Below are positions 10,120 to 19,543 of a DNA stretch of 64,000 nt, one piece after another. This DNA comes from Nitrospirota bacterium (lineage in GTDB: Bacteria; Nitrospirota; UBA9217), in NCBI GenBank assembly GCA_963749655.1, contig CAVVOB010000012.1:128001-192000 (forward strand), written 5' to 3'. The notes beneath the pieces are model-generated. The model ran no database searches. It was not told the origin of the DNA and saw only the letters and a list, made by a program, of their open reading frames with translations. Made by a program: the position numbers and the translations under genes. The stretch's first letter is position 1, and each line of letters starts with the position of its first letter.

Positions 10120-10165
10120 TTATCTTCCCGCCTTCAATTCGGACTTGAACCAAAAAAGCCCCATG

Positions 10166-11683
10166 CTAATCCGTCTGCCTGCCCTCGTGCGGCCTGGTCC
10201 CGCGAACTTTTCTCCACCCAAGATCGATTGCCGGCCAGAACAGCATGAGGAGTCCGGAGATCATGATCCCGCTGACAAGCATGTTCGAAAAGAAAACGCT
10301 CATTGCGCCCTGGGACCCCAGTATGGCCTGACGGAACGAGACTTCGGCCCGGTCTCCAAGCACCAGGGCCAGCACCAGGGGCGCAAGGGGATAATCCAGC
10401 TTCTTAAAGACATAACCGACAACGCCGAATATCAGCATTGCCCAGATGTTGAACATGGCATTGTTCACGGAGTAGGCGCCGATCGCGCATACCACGACAA
10501 TCACCGGGGCAATAATGGAAAAGGGGATGCGAAGGATCGCCGCGAACAGCGGCACGGTCGTCAAAACGATAATAAGACCGACGACGTTCGACAGGTACAT
10601 GCTGGCGATCAGGCCCCAGACAAAGTCCTTTTGCTCGATGAACAGCAGCGGCCCCGGCTGCAGGCCCCAGATCATGAGGCCGCCCAGCAGCACCGCCGCG
10701 GTGGCCGAGCCGGGGATGCCCAGCGCCATCATCGGCAGCAGCGCCGCGCAGCCGGACCCGTGGGCGGCGGTCTCGGGCGCAAGCACGCCCTCCAGTTCCC
10801 CGGTGCCGAACTTGTCGCCGTTCTTTGAGAAACGCTTCGCAATGCCGTAACCCATGAAGGACGCGGCCGTGGCTCCGCCGGGCGTGATCCCCATCCATGC
10901 GCCGATGGCCGAGCTGCGGAGCAGCGTCAGCCAGTATGTCGGCAGTTTTTTCCATGTTTCCCAAACAACCTTCACGTTGATCCTGGCCTCTTTGCCTTCA
11001 AACCGGAGGCCCTCTTCCATGCTGAGCAAAATTTCCCCGAGACCGAAGAGTCCGATGACCGCGACCAGGAAGTCGACGCCCCGCAGCAGTTCGGACCAGC
11101 CGAACGTCAGGCGCAGCTGGCCGCTTACGCTGTCCATGCCGATCTGGGCCAGACCAAAGCCGATCATCAGGGATATCGTGGTTTTGAACGGGTCCTTGCC
11201 CGTGCCGATGAAACTGGCGAACGTGAGAAAATAGACGGCAAAAAATTCAGGCGGGCCGAATTTCAACGCGAACTTCGCCACCAGCGGCGCCAGAAAGGTG
11301 ATCAGCGCAATGGAGAAAAAGGCGCCGAAGAACGATCCGGTGAAGGACGCGGTGAGCGCTTCACCGGCCATGCCTTGCTGGGCGAGGGGGTAGCCGTCGA
11401 ACGTGGTGGCCACCGAATGCGACTCGCCGGGAATATTGAACAGGATCGAGGTGATGGCCCCCGCGAACAACGAGCCCCAGTAGATGCACGACAGCATGAC
11501 GATCGCGGACGTGGGATTCATCGTAAAGGTGAGCGGCAGGAGAATGGCGACGCCGTTCGGCCCACCCAGCCCCGGCAGCACGCCGACGATGATTCCCAAG
11601 GTAAGCCCGATCGCCATCATGCCGAGGTTATACCAGCTGAAGATGACCGCAAAGCCATGGAACAGATTAAACAGGTCCTCCAC
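10166..11683 (-). CDS. tctA: tripartite tricarboxylate transporter permease TctA
   Basis: GVLPGLGG, NIPGE..TTFDGYPLAQQG, FGPPEFF and LGIPGSAT; GTG start after GGAGG. Confidence 0.93.
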   Translation of the reverse strand: MEDLFNLFHGFAVIFSWYNLGMMAIGLTLGIIVGVLPGLGGPNGVAILLPLTFTMNPTSAIVMLSCIYWGSLFAGAITSILFNIPGESHSVATTFDGYPLAQQGMAGEALTASFTGSFFGAFFSIALITFLAPLVAKFALKFGPPEFFAVYFLTFASFIGTGKDPFKTTISLMIGFGLAQIGMDSVSGQLRLTFGWSELLRGVDFLVAVIGLFGLGEILLSMEEGLRFEGKEARINVKVVWETWKKLPTYWLTLLRSSAIGAWMGITPGGATAASFMGYGIAKRFSKNGDKFGTGELEGVLAPETAAHGSGCAALLPMMALGIPGSATAAVLLGGLMIWGLQPGPLLFIEQKDFVWGLIASMYLSNVVGLIIVLTTVPLFAAILRIPFSIIAPVIVVVCAIGAYSVNNAMFNIWAMLIFGVVGYVFKKLDYPLAPLVLALVLGDRAEVSFRQAILGSQGAMSVFFSNMLVSGIMISGLLMLFWPAIDLGWRKVRGTRPHEGRQTD

Positions 11684-11724
11684 GCGACAATCCTCCAAAG
11701 CGGCGATGATTCAGTTTATACGGA

Positions 11725-12240
11725 TCAGCGGCCCAGCAGGGATTCCAGGGGCCCTTTGGGCAGCGAAACCCTGAACTGAATCTCAAACATCCAGAAAAGC
11801 GCCGCGCTTATGCCGACGCTGGTCAGGGTGATTTTAAGCCAGCTGAACTTGCCCATCGCCCGCATGAAACCGCCGATGAACACGGCGGAGGCGACATAAA
11901 TGCCGATGATTTGGGTGGCTCCGACATAGAGCGCGGTGGGTATCAGCACATAGAGCACCGTCTTGAAGCGGTCCCACGGCACGAAGAGCTTATCATTGCG
12001 GTGTTTGCCGAACAGCGTCCTGAGAAAAACAACGGCGCTCGAAATGCAGAGGATGGCCCCGGTGCGGAAAGGGAAATATCCCGACTCGGGCCCGTCAAAG
12101 GCCCAACCCATCCCGATTCTATAACCGTCTATCATCATCACCACGCCGGCGAGAAAAATGACGACCGCGGTGATCGCCTCAAGCGCGTGATACGTCACGC
12201 AGACGGAATGGGACCGGTCCGACGTTTGTTTTTGTTCCAT
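11725..12240 (-). CDS. tctB: tripartite tricarboxylate transporter TctB
   Basis: Four TM segments, GPESGYFP and LPKGPLE; lies between tctC and tctA. Confidence 0.88.
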   Translation of the reverse strand: MEQKQTSDRSHSVCVTYHALEAITAVVIFLAGVVMMIDGYRIGMGWAFDGPESGYFPFRTGAILCISSAVVFLRTLFGKHRNDKLFVPWDRFKTVLYVLIPTALYVGATQIIGIYVASAVFIGGFMRAMGKFSWLKITLTSVGISAALFWMFEIQFRVSLPKGPLESLLGR

Positions 12241-12296
12241 GCGCTCCCTCCCCTCCGTATTAACGAGGAAATGCCTCAGACCGATGAATCAAGACA

Positions 12297-12399
12297 AAGC
12301 GCAAAAGCAACTCGCGCAAAGCCGCAAAGGCGCGAAGTAAAGCTTCGCATCCAGGCTAAGTGATTTGCCTTTCTTTGCGTCTTGGCGACTTTGCGCGAA
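12297..12399. repeat. palindromic intergenic repeat, second copy of the 5703 family
   Basis: cgcgcaaagccgcaaaggcgcg...ggcgactttgcgcg. Confidence 0.7.
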
Positions 12400-12535
12400 A
12401 ATTGGTTTTTGACCTGGCATTAAAAAACCTGACTTACAATTCAATCTCTCGGTTTGTAAAGCGTTTTAACAAAGCGCCGGTCCGGAAAACCGGGCCGCGG
12501 CGCCCGGATCTTCCGTGACCGGCGGTGATGCTGAA

Positions 12536-13552
12536 CTATTTCTTGGCTGCGAACCCGGCTTCGGTCATCAGCTTTACGTGTTTTGCCATGTCTTTTTTCA
12601 GAAAGTCCACGAACTCGTCTCCGGTGGCATAGTGACTTGTGAGCGCATTGTTCTCGGTGTATTCCGCCCACTCCGGTTTGGAAACCACCTGTTTCAGCAG
12701 GTTGGCATAGAACGCGGCCTGCTCGCTGGTGGTCCCGAGCGGCAGAAAGAAAGCGCGCAGCATCTGGTATTGCACGTCGATGCCCTGCGACTTGCAGGTA
12801 GGGATGTCGGACCATGCCAGGTCGGTGATCTTCTTCTTATAGTCCATGGTTTTATCGGAGAAAACGCACAGGGCGCGCGCCTGGCCGGCCCGCCACTGGG
12901 CGACGTTCTCGCTGGGGTTGTTGACATTGGAATCGATGTGCTTGCCGGCCAGCTGGGTGGACGCCTCTCCTCCGCTCTTGTAGGGGATGTAGATTATTTT
13001 CTTCCCGGCGATCTTTTCGAATGCGGCGGAGATAATCTGGTCTTCCCGTTTCGAGCCCGTGCCGCCCATCTTGAAGGCCCCGTCCGGCGCCGCCTTTATG
13101 GCGTTCATATAGTCCTTTGCGGTCTTATACGGCGTATCCGAGTGGACCCAAAGAATAAAATCATCCAAAGCGATCATTGCCACCGGGTTGTAGTTCTCCC
13201 AGCTAAGCGGCAGATTCTGCGCGATAGGCAGAGTGTAGATGAGCGAGAACGCCACCATGAGTTTGTGGGGATCGCCCTTTGCCTCTTTGACATCCATGGC
13301 GCCCTCGGCGCCGCTCGCGCCGCTCTTGTTCAGGACCAGAACGGGCTGTTTCATCAAATTGTACTTCATGATGATGCCCTGGATCGTGCGCGCCATCTGG
13401 TCAGACGCGCCGCCCGCGCCGGCGGGAACAATGAACTCGACGGGCTTGGCGGGCTCCCAGGCGGCGTAGGCGGGCGTTGCCGCCGCGCTGACTATTGCTG
13501 CTGCAGTGAGAAGCAGTAATGCATGCGATACTTTCTGTATCTGTTTCATCAT
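12536..13552 (-). CDS. tctC: tripartite tricarboxylate transporter substrate-binding protein TctC (Bug family)
   Basis: Signal peptide, IVPAGAGGASDQMAR, NKSGASG and YIPYKSGGE; GGAGG RBS before the ATG at 13552. Confidence 0.92.
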   Translation of the reverse strand: MMKQIQKVSHALLLLTAAAIVSAAATPAYAAWEPAKPVEFIVPAGAGGASDQMARTIQGIIMKYNLMKQPVLVLNKSGASGAEGAMDVKEAKGDPHKLMVAFSLIYTLPIAQNLPLSWENYNPVAMIALDDFILWVHSDTPYKTAKDYMNAIKAAPDGAFKMGGTGSKREDQIISAAFEKIAGKKIIYIPYKSGGEASTQLAGKHIDSNVNNPSENVAQWRAGQARALCVFSDKTMDYKKKITDLAWSDIPTCKSQGIDVQYQMLRAFFLPLGTTSEQAAFYANLLKQVVSKPEWAEYTENNALTSHYATGDEFVDFLKKDMAKHVKLMTEAGFAAKK

Positions 13553-14097
13553 ACTTGCCTCCTTCGATTGGATTTGCGGCACTATCGTTTTTTCGCTCAG
13601 TTCAGCGACTATACAGCAAGCCAAATTCAAACTCAAGGATTTTTGCATTTATTAAAAAGGAACATCTTATGCAATACTTGAATTAAACGAAACTACTATT
13701 GGGGTCACTTCTCGATTCTTGATAAATGGCATATTTCATCAATAATTGCTACAGCTACTCATGCATGAAAACTGTTTAGGAGTAGGTGTGCAGCTCAAAA
13801 TAACTCTTTGCCCTCTGTTCTATGCTGCCTAACCCGCCTACCTCAAAAATACCCTTCGTCGCCGTTGACATCATTGTAGATCAGGACTATATTCGTCTGG
13901 GACATTAGATCGGCATGACATAATCATTTCTAAACCAGATCATGAGTTTATGAAATCAGGTTTCTGTTTTATTGGCGTCATTGCAACCGCAGACATTGCA
14001 GAGGCATCTCTCAACGACCTTTTGAAAAGCCTTATGCAGCAGGGCTAAAAAATCGCATTTACTACGAATGATCGAGATTCTGCTCCAAAGGTGAAAT

Positions 14098-15033
14098 ATG
14101 AACACATACTGTGATTTTCATCTCCATTTGGGAGGAAGCATCTCTCGGGAGTTGGTGAGGCGGTTTGCCCAATCAGATAATGACCAGCACGCGCTTGATG
14201 CGCTGGCTGAGGCCGATGTGCTGAAGTTATTTAAGATCGTTCACCGTCTTGTGCAATCACCGGAGCGGATTGAAATCGCGACAGAAGATGTGATCGCCGC
14301 AAGTACAGCTGATTATTTGGAAATTCGGACCACTCCCCGGGAATTTTCTTCGGCGCGATCGTTTCGTCCCTATGGAGAAGCATTTGTATCGGCCTTACGA
14401 CGATATCCTGACAAGGCCAAGGGAATACTCAGCATTGATCGCTACAAACACGATCTCACCAGTGCGCGGAACATCATCACGCTTGCGCTGGAGTATCCCG
14501 ATTGTATTGTCGGTATTGATATTTCCGGTGTTAATCCCCCGGGGATTCGCACCTTGCAGGGAGACGACCTGGGCGTCTGCATTGAAACCATCCTGGACAG
14601 CCCGTTGGGATTGGCCATCCACGTGGGGGAATTGGAGAGTGAAAAGGATCAGCGCGACAACACCGCCGCGTTAACGGCGATTGATCGCTGGTTGCAGCGA
14701 CATCCCCTGACGACAGCTGCGGGAAAAATTCGACTTGGACACGCGATTTTTTTGTCAGAGGAGCATACCCGCATCATTCGCAAGCATCACCTGCCTATAG
14801 AAATATGCCCCACCTGTCACCGGTATCTTGGATGTTGGAGTAATGGTCAGGAGCATCCCGTTCAGGCAGTGTATCCTGAACACACTTCGCCTGTCGTACT
14901 CGGAACCGATAATGCGCTGAATTTTCCAACGAGTTTCCAGCGCGAGAAGGCGTTGTTTCTTGACGCCTTCCCCTATAATCCGGCAAAGGGATGGGGCTAT
15001 CGGTTTGGACAATCTCACTGCATTGTAGGCTAA
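14098..15033 (+). CDS. adenosine/AMP deaminase family amidohydrolase, ADAL-like
   Basis: DFHLHLGGS, YLEIRTTP, LSIDR, VGIDISG, HVGE, RLGHA, PIEICPT and GTDN motifs. Confidence 0.85.
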   Translation: MNTYCDFHLHLGGSISRELVRRFAQSDNDQHALDALAEADVLKLFKIVHRLVQSPERIEIATEDVIAASTADYLEIRTTPREFSSARSFRPYGEAFVSALRRYPDKAKGILSIDRYKHDLTSARNIITLALEYPDCIVGIDISGVNPPGIRTLQGDDLGVCIETILDSPLGLAIHVGELESEKDQRDNTAALTAIDRWLQRHPLTTAAGKIRLGHAIFLSEEHTRIIRKHHLPIEICPTCHRYLGCWSNGQEHPVQAVYPEHTSPVVLGTDNALNFPTSFQREKALFLDAFPYNPAKGWGYRFGQSHCIVG

Positions 15034-15035
15034 AA

Positions 15036-15162
15036 GACATCTTAGTGCCCGGTCTTTAATGTTTGTCTTTCCTTTTTCTTCTGCATTTCACACCATCCCC
15101 GGCAGCAACAATTTTATTCTGCTGACGATCTTGCCGGAAACCATGAACATGTCGTCTCCGGG
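15036..15162 (+). repeat. dispersed direct repeat, copy C
   Basis: gacatcttagtgcccggtctttaatgtttgtc..gatcttgccggaaaccatgaaca, starting 2-3 bp after the deaminase stop. Confidence 0.85.
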
Positions 15163-15424
15163 CGACAACATCGGTCAGCACTGCGGGCGGCAGGTTGATG
15201 ATGCAGTACTGCCCCCTCCGGTCGCCCTTGTTCCCTTCCTCGTTGGCGGAACTTTTTGGAAACCGTTGTCAATTTTGTCACATACCCTAAAAATACCCCT
15301 ACAGTATTTGGTTTTTTGTGCTTAAATGACGATAAGGGCATTTTGAATATGCGTATAGATTCGTAAATGCATTTTTGATCAGGCTGTATATGTATCTTGC
15401 ACTATATTTCTTGTTGAGACTCTT

Positions 15425-15502
15425 TCGATAAAGCCAAGCCCTTCGTGAGAAGGGGACGGAAAGCTACGGATCTTGAAAACTTGAGATTGCCGAGCTGCCG
15501 AA
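15425..15502 (+). ncRNA. c-di-GMP-I (GEMM) riboswitch
   Basis: AAAGCCAAGCC-CTTC-GTGA-GAAG-GGGACGGAAAGC...GATCT...AGATTGCCGAGCTGCCGAA fits the GEMM P1/P2/P3 layout with a GNRA loop; U-tract at about 15527. Confidence 0.85.
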
Positions 15503-15680
15503 GGAAATCTGCAAGTATGTCCGGTCTTTTTTTGATAAAGTCAAGGCAACGGCATATATCCTGAAGTATTCTATCTTATTGTGAGATCGTACTACCCATT
15601 TTAAAAGGTCATAGAACAATGAAAGCGTGATCAGCACGCAATCGTGTATTACTGGTCAAGCTGTTCAGAAGGTGGTTGCT

Positions 15681-16238
15681 ATGCTAGGCCAGAATAAGAA
15701 ACACGTTCTTGCAGGGGAAGTAAATGAAATCCTCAGCAGAAAGGGATATTCCGGGGTTTGCCATCCGCTGATTAATTTCGCCGATACCATCGAGAAAAAC
15801 GCCCATTTCGCAAACAACAAAGTGGTTGTCTACAAATGGCTTGCTTTTGTACTTCTATTGTTGATTCCACTATTGTCCACGTACGTGTCTGTCGTGGTCA
15901 ATATGAAAGACGACGATTTATTCAAGGATTCACTGCCTTACACAACAGGGCTCCTGACGATCATGACCGTGGTTAATTCAATCTACCGGCCCCGTACGAG
16001 GTTCACGAAGTCATGCATTCTGGGAATGACCATCGATAGTCTGGTGCAGAAGATACCAGCACCTCAAAGATCAAGGAAATTGGTTGGTTTCACCGATAAG
16101 GCCGGTCGTCGGCAGAGGGTAGAAGAAAACGGCCGGAATTTATACTATGACCAGGTTCACGAAGGAAGTACTCCGGAATGCACGACTCTCTATCTGTTCA
16201 ATGATCGGCAGCGAGTTACGGGAGCCTTAAGGAGGTAA
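15681..16238 (+). CDS. SLATT/DUF4231-like two-TM protein; C-terminus may be degenerate
   Basis: YKWLAFVLLLLIPLLST...GLLTIMTVVNSIYRPRTRF two-TM pattern. Confidence 0.5.
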   Translation: MLGQNKKHVLAGEVNEILSRKGYSGVCHPLINFADTIEKNAHFANNKVVVYKWLAFVLLLLIPLLSTYVSVVVNMKDDDLFKDSLPYTTGLLTIMTVVNSIYRPRTRFTKSCILGMTIDSLVQKIPAPQRSRKLVGFTDKAGRRQRVEENGRNLYYDQVHEGSTPECTTLYLFNDRQRVTGALRR

Positions 16239-16243
16239 CGGAT

Positions 16244-17104
16244 ATGAAGATTATTGAAATCATTAAATCGACAGTCTTGGTAGTGTTTCTGATCGTGTTC
16301 CCGGTGCTAACGAGAACCGCAGTGGCCGATTCAGCACAAGATTGGGAGAAAGCTTTAAAAATCATAGGTGATTTTGCGGACCGCTTATGCAAGGATATCC
16401 CTTTGGAGGGCCAAGGCAACACTTTCGAATTAACTGGAGGTGCTAAAGCAGAATTGAGCGGAATCATAAGACAATTAGTAAATTTGGGAATAGAAGGAAC
16501 TGCCAAATACCAAAACACCGGATACACTAATGTGCTTCAAAAAGACCTAGCAAATACACTGAAAACCAGTACGGATTGCAGGTTGCAGGTATGGAAAGAT
16601 CTGAAAGGCAAGTTCGAACCTCCGAAACCTATAAAAACAGTGATCTTTGATCGTGAAACAGCACGTTTCGGAATAACACTTGGATGGCAACTGGCTCGTT
16701 ATGAGTTCACTTATGATTCTCCGTTTCCTGAGGTTCTTAACATAAGCCCTTCGATTAAGCAGGAAATAGAGCGGTTGCTGAAACAGGACCAGTTCCCTCA
16801 CACCGTCGAAGGATTGAGCTCGCAACAATTGATAGACACAGTGCTCCTGTATTATGGAACTTCCAACTTAAAAAAACATGCATCAGTTTTACTGGGCATT
16901 GCCGCAATGCGCGCATCACTTGTTGGAGCATCTAGCAATCAGCAACACAACGATGAGATGAAACAGCTTGCATATAGCGCTATTGAGGATATCGACGGAA
17001 GTTTACTCCGACGGAAAAAGGAACTATTTAACGAACTGATAAATACAAAACCAGGTAGTGTTGCTGCGGTCATGGATTTATTAAGCAAAATGAAGTTAAT
17101 ATAG
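16244..17104 (+). CDS. hypothetical exported protein
   Basis: AGGAGG RBS, signal peptide (AVA-D), two Cys in the N-terminal domain, low GC. Confidence 0.7.
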   Translation: MKIIEIIKSTVLVVFLIVFPVLTRTAVADSAQDWEKALKIIGDFADRLCKDIPLEGQGNTFELTGGAKAELSGIIRQLVNLGIEGTAKYQNTGYTNVLQKDLANTLKTSTDCRLQVWKDLKGKFEPPKPIKTVIFDRETARFGITLGWQLARYEFTYDSPFPEVLNISPSIKQEIERLLKQDQFPHTVEGLSSQQLIDTVLLYYGTSNLKKHASVLLGIAAMRASLVGASSNQQHNDEMKQLAYSAIEDIDGSLLRRKKELFNELINTKPGSVAAVMDLLSKMKLI

Positions 17105-17276
17105 AGCAACTACTTGCAGTAAAATCGGTAGGTGCAGCGCAAAACTTGACACATCATGTAAAGCTACTGAATATGGAGAAGAGGCTGCGGCCTATTTACG
17201 TTCATCTGCAAGTTACAGCTTGATCTTCATCTCCCGGCTATCTGACTCTGAGAAAAGTCTGAGAAAAGTTGCAGGG

Positions 17277-17557
17277 GTAACCCTCTTAGGGAACATCTTA
17301 GTGCCCGTTAATGTTTGTCTCTCCTTTTTCTTCTGCATTTCACATCATCCCCGGCTGGAACAATTTCATTCCGCTGATGATCTTGCCGGAAACCATGAAC
17401 ACTCCGGTTGTATTGCTCGGTCTCAGGGTGTCCCCCGTTGTGCCTTAAGACATCAAAAACATTTCAGAACGCCCTCCGCTTTATGCCTACATAACTACGC
17501 GATTTTTTGAATAAAATATATTAGCTCCCTATTAATGAAATAAACTCCTTGACAAAA
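17277..17557 (+). repeat. dispersed direct repeat, copy D (full length)
   Basis: gtaaccctcttaggg start shared with copy A; 3' end shared with copy B. Confidence 0.85.
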
Positions 17558-17577
17558 GTACTATCCAGCGGTATTTT
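17549..17577 (+). promoter_or_regulatory. sigma70-type promoter of the tetR-efflux operon
   Basis: TTGACA-N17-TATTTT. Confidence 0.6.
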
Positions 17578-17624
17578 TACTTTACGGTGTTAACTAAAAT
17601 TAACCACGTTCGAGGAAACTGACA

Positions 17625-18233
17625 ATGGGTGTTACAGAAAAAAGAGCCAAGCACAAAGAGGAGTTTCGGAAGGAGATCCTGGATTCCGCCCGGGAACTTT
17701 TCATCAATGACGGGTACGAAAAATTTTCTTTGCGAAAACTTGCCGAGAAAATCGACTATTCTCCGACTACCATTTACCTCTATTTCAAGAGCAAGGACGA
17801 TCTGCTCTTCGCCATCTGCGAAGAGTTCTTCGGCCAGTTCTTTGCGCAATTGAACCGCATACGATCGGTTTCGCGGGACCCCATAGAGACGCTTCGTCAG
17901 GCCTTTCTCTATCTCCTGGAATTCGGGCTTCGGAACCCCAATCAATATAAAGTGATTTTTTTCACGAAGAGCGTTTACGGAACCCCGGAAGAGTTCGTCG
18001 GAAAAGAGACGATGGCCCGCAGCACTTATTTTGCATTCAAGGAGATGGTGCGGGATTGCATCAACGCGGGCCTGCTGCGGGAGCTTGATGAGGACGTGAT
18101 AACGCCTGCCCTGGCAATAGCATCCCACGGATTAGTGACCATGGTTCTCTACCGTCCCGAGTCTTTGAATGAAAAAAGCGACGTCATCGCCCGTTCACTG
18201 GTCGATGCATTGCTGCGGGGGTACCAGAAGTAA
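17625..18233 (+). CDS. TetR/AcrR family regulator
   Basis: ILDSARELF..GYEKFSLRKLAEKIDYSPTTIYLYFKSKDDL HTH. Confidence 0.93.
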   Translation: MGVTEKRAKHKEEFRKEILDSARELFINDGYEKFSLRKLAEKIDYSPTTIYLYFKSKDDLLFAICEEFFGQFFAQLNRIRSVSRDPIETLRQAFLYLLEFGLRNPNQYKVIFFTKSVYGTPEEFVGKETMARSTYFAFKEMVRDCINAGLLRELDEDVITPALAIASHGLVTMVLYRPESLNEKSDVIARSLVDALLRGYQK

Positions 18234-18298
18234 ATACAATAAAATATCACGCTATTCAGCAGATTCGAACCTGCATTATAAGGAGAGAGGATCCAGAT

Positions 18299-19543
18299 AT
18301 GAAGTACGCTAAACCGTTTATTCGATTCAGCAGCAAAGCCAGTCTGTTCGCCATTTCAGGAATCACGATCATGACCCTGGCCATGGCCGGGTGCGGGAAT
18401 AAGAGCGGCGCAGGCGCGCAGAAACCGGGCACGCCTCAGGAAGTAGGGATCGTAGTGGTGGCGCCGCAGCGCGTGCAGATGACCACCGAACTGTCGGGCC
18501 GGACCTGTGCCTTTCTCATTGCCGAGGTGAGGCCGCAGGTCGGCGGCATCATCCAGAAGCGCCTTTTTGTCGAAGGCGGGGACGTCAACGCGGGCGACGT
18601 GCTCTACCAGATAGACCCGGCATCCTATCAGGCTGCTTACAGCAGCGCAAAGGCCGCACTATCCAAGGCCGAGGCCAATCTTTCCCCGGCCCAGCTGAAG
18701 GCAGAGCGCTTCGAGGAACTGGTCAAGATCCAGGCCGTCAGCAGGCAGGACCATGAGAACGCCGTTGCGGCGCTCAAGCAGGCCGAGGCTGATGTGGAAT
18801 CCGCCAAGGCCGCGGTCGAGACGGCCCGGATCAACCTTGCGTATACGCGCGTCGTCGCGCCGATCTCGGGGCGGATCGGAAGGTCCTCGGTCACCACCGG
18901 CGCCCTGGTGACGGCAAACCAGGCCACCGCGCTCTCCACCATCCAGCAGCTCGATCCCATGTACGTCGACGTAACCCAGTCGAGCTCGGAAATGCTGCGC
19001 CTGAAAGCGGCGCTGGCCAGCGGCCAGCTCAAAAAAGGCGGCGCGACAAGCCAGGCCAAAGTAAAGCTGCTGCTCGAGAACGGCGCTCCTTATCCGCAGG
19101 CAGGCGCCCTGAAGTTCTCCGAAGTAACGGTCGACCAGAGCACCGGTTCCATCACCCTGCGCACGGTCTTTCCCAACCCGAACCAGCTGCTCCTGCCCGG
19201 GATGTTCGTGCGCGCGGTCATCCAGGAGGGCATTGCTGAAAAGGGCATCCTCGTTCCTCAGCAGGGCGTGAGCCGCAATCCGAAAGGGGAGTCCGTCGCC
19301 CTTGTCGTGGACGACGCCGGCGTCGTCCAGCAGCGCACCCTCACCCTCGACCGCGCGATCGGCGACCAATGGCTCGTCGCCTCGGGCCTGTCCGCCGGGG
19401 ACCGGCTGATCGTCGAGGGCATGCAGAAAGCGCGGCCTGGCAGCACCGTGAAAGCCGTGCCGTTCAGCGACAACAAGACCGGGCCGGCGTCCGCGGCCGC
19501 TCCCCAGGCGCAGCCGCAAAAGCAGGCTGACGGAGGCAAATAA
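18299..19543 (+). CDS. acrA: RND efflux periplasmic adaptor (AcrA/MexA family lipoprotein)
   Basis: LAMAGC lipobox, AEVRPQVGGII, APISGRIGRS and LLPGMFVR. Confidence 0.93.
   Translation: MKYAKPFIRFSSKASLFAISGITIMTLAMAGCGNKSGAGAQKPGTPQEVGIVVVAPQRVQMTTELSGRTCAFLIAEVRPQVGGIIQKRLFVEGGDVNAGDVLYQIDPASYQAAYSSAKAALSKAEANLSPAQLKAERFEELVKIQAVSRQDHENAVAALKQAEADVESAKAAVETARINLAYTRVVAPISGRIGRSSVTTGALVTANQATALSTIQQLDPMYVDVTQSSSEMLRLKAALASGQLKKGGATSQAKVKLLLENGAPYPQAGALKFSEVTVDQSTGSITLRTVFPNPNQLLLPGMFVRAVIQEGIAEKGILVPQQGVSRNPKGESVALVVDDAGVVQQRTLTLDRAIGDQWLVASGLSAGDRLIVEGMQKARPGSTVKAVPFSDNKTGPASAAAPQAQPQKQADGGK

Noticed and set aside
13950-14048. 32-aa ORF upstream of the deaminase
   Set aside because: No clear RBS or motif; probably a remnant or chance ORF.
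14098-15033. RADAR (RdrB) anti-phage deaminase
   Set aside because: Only 311 aa and no RdrA ATPase nearby.
15425-15502. cGAMP-selective (GEMM-Ib) assignment
   Set aside because: The specificity position aligns to G, not A, by manual alignment; c-di-GMP is the better prediction.
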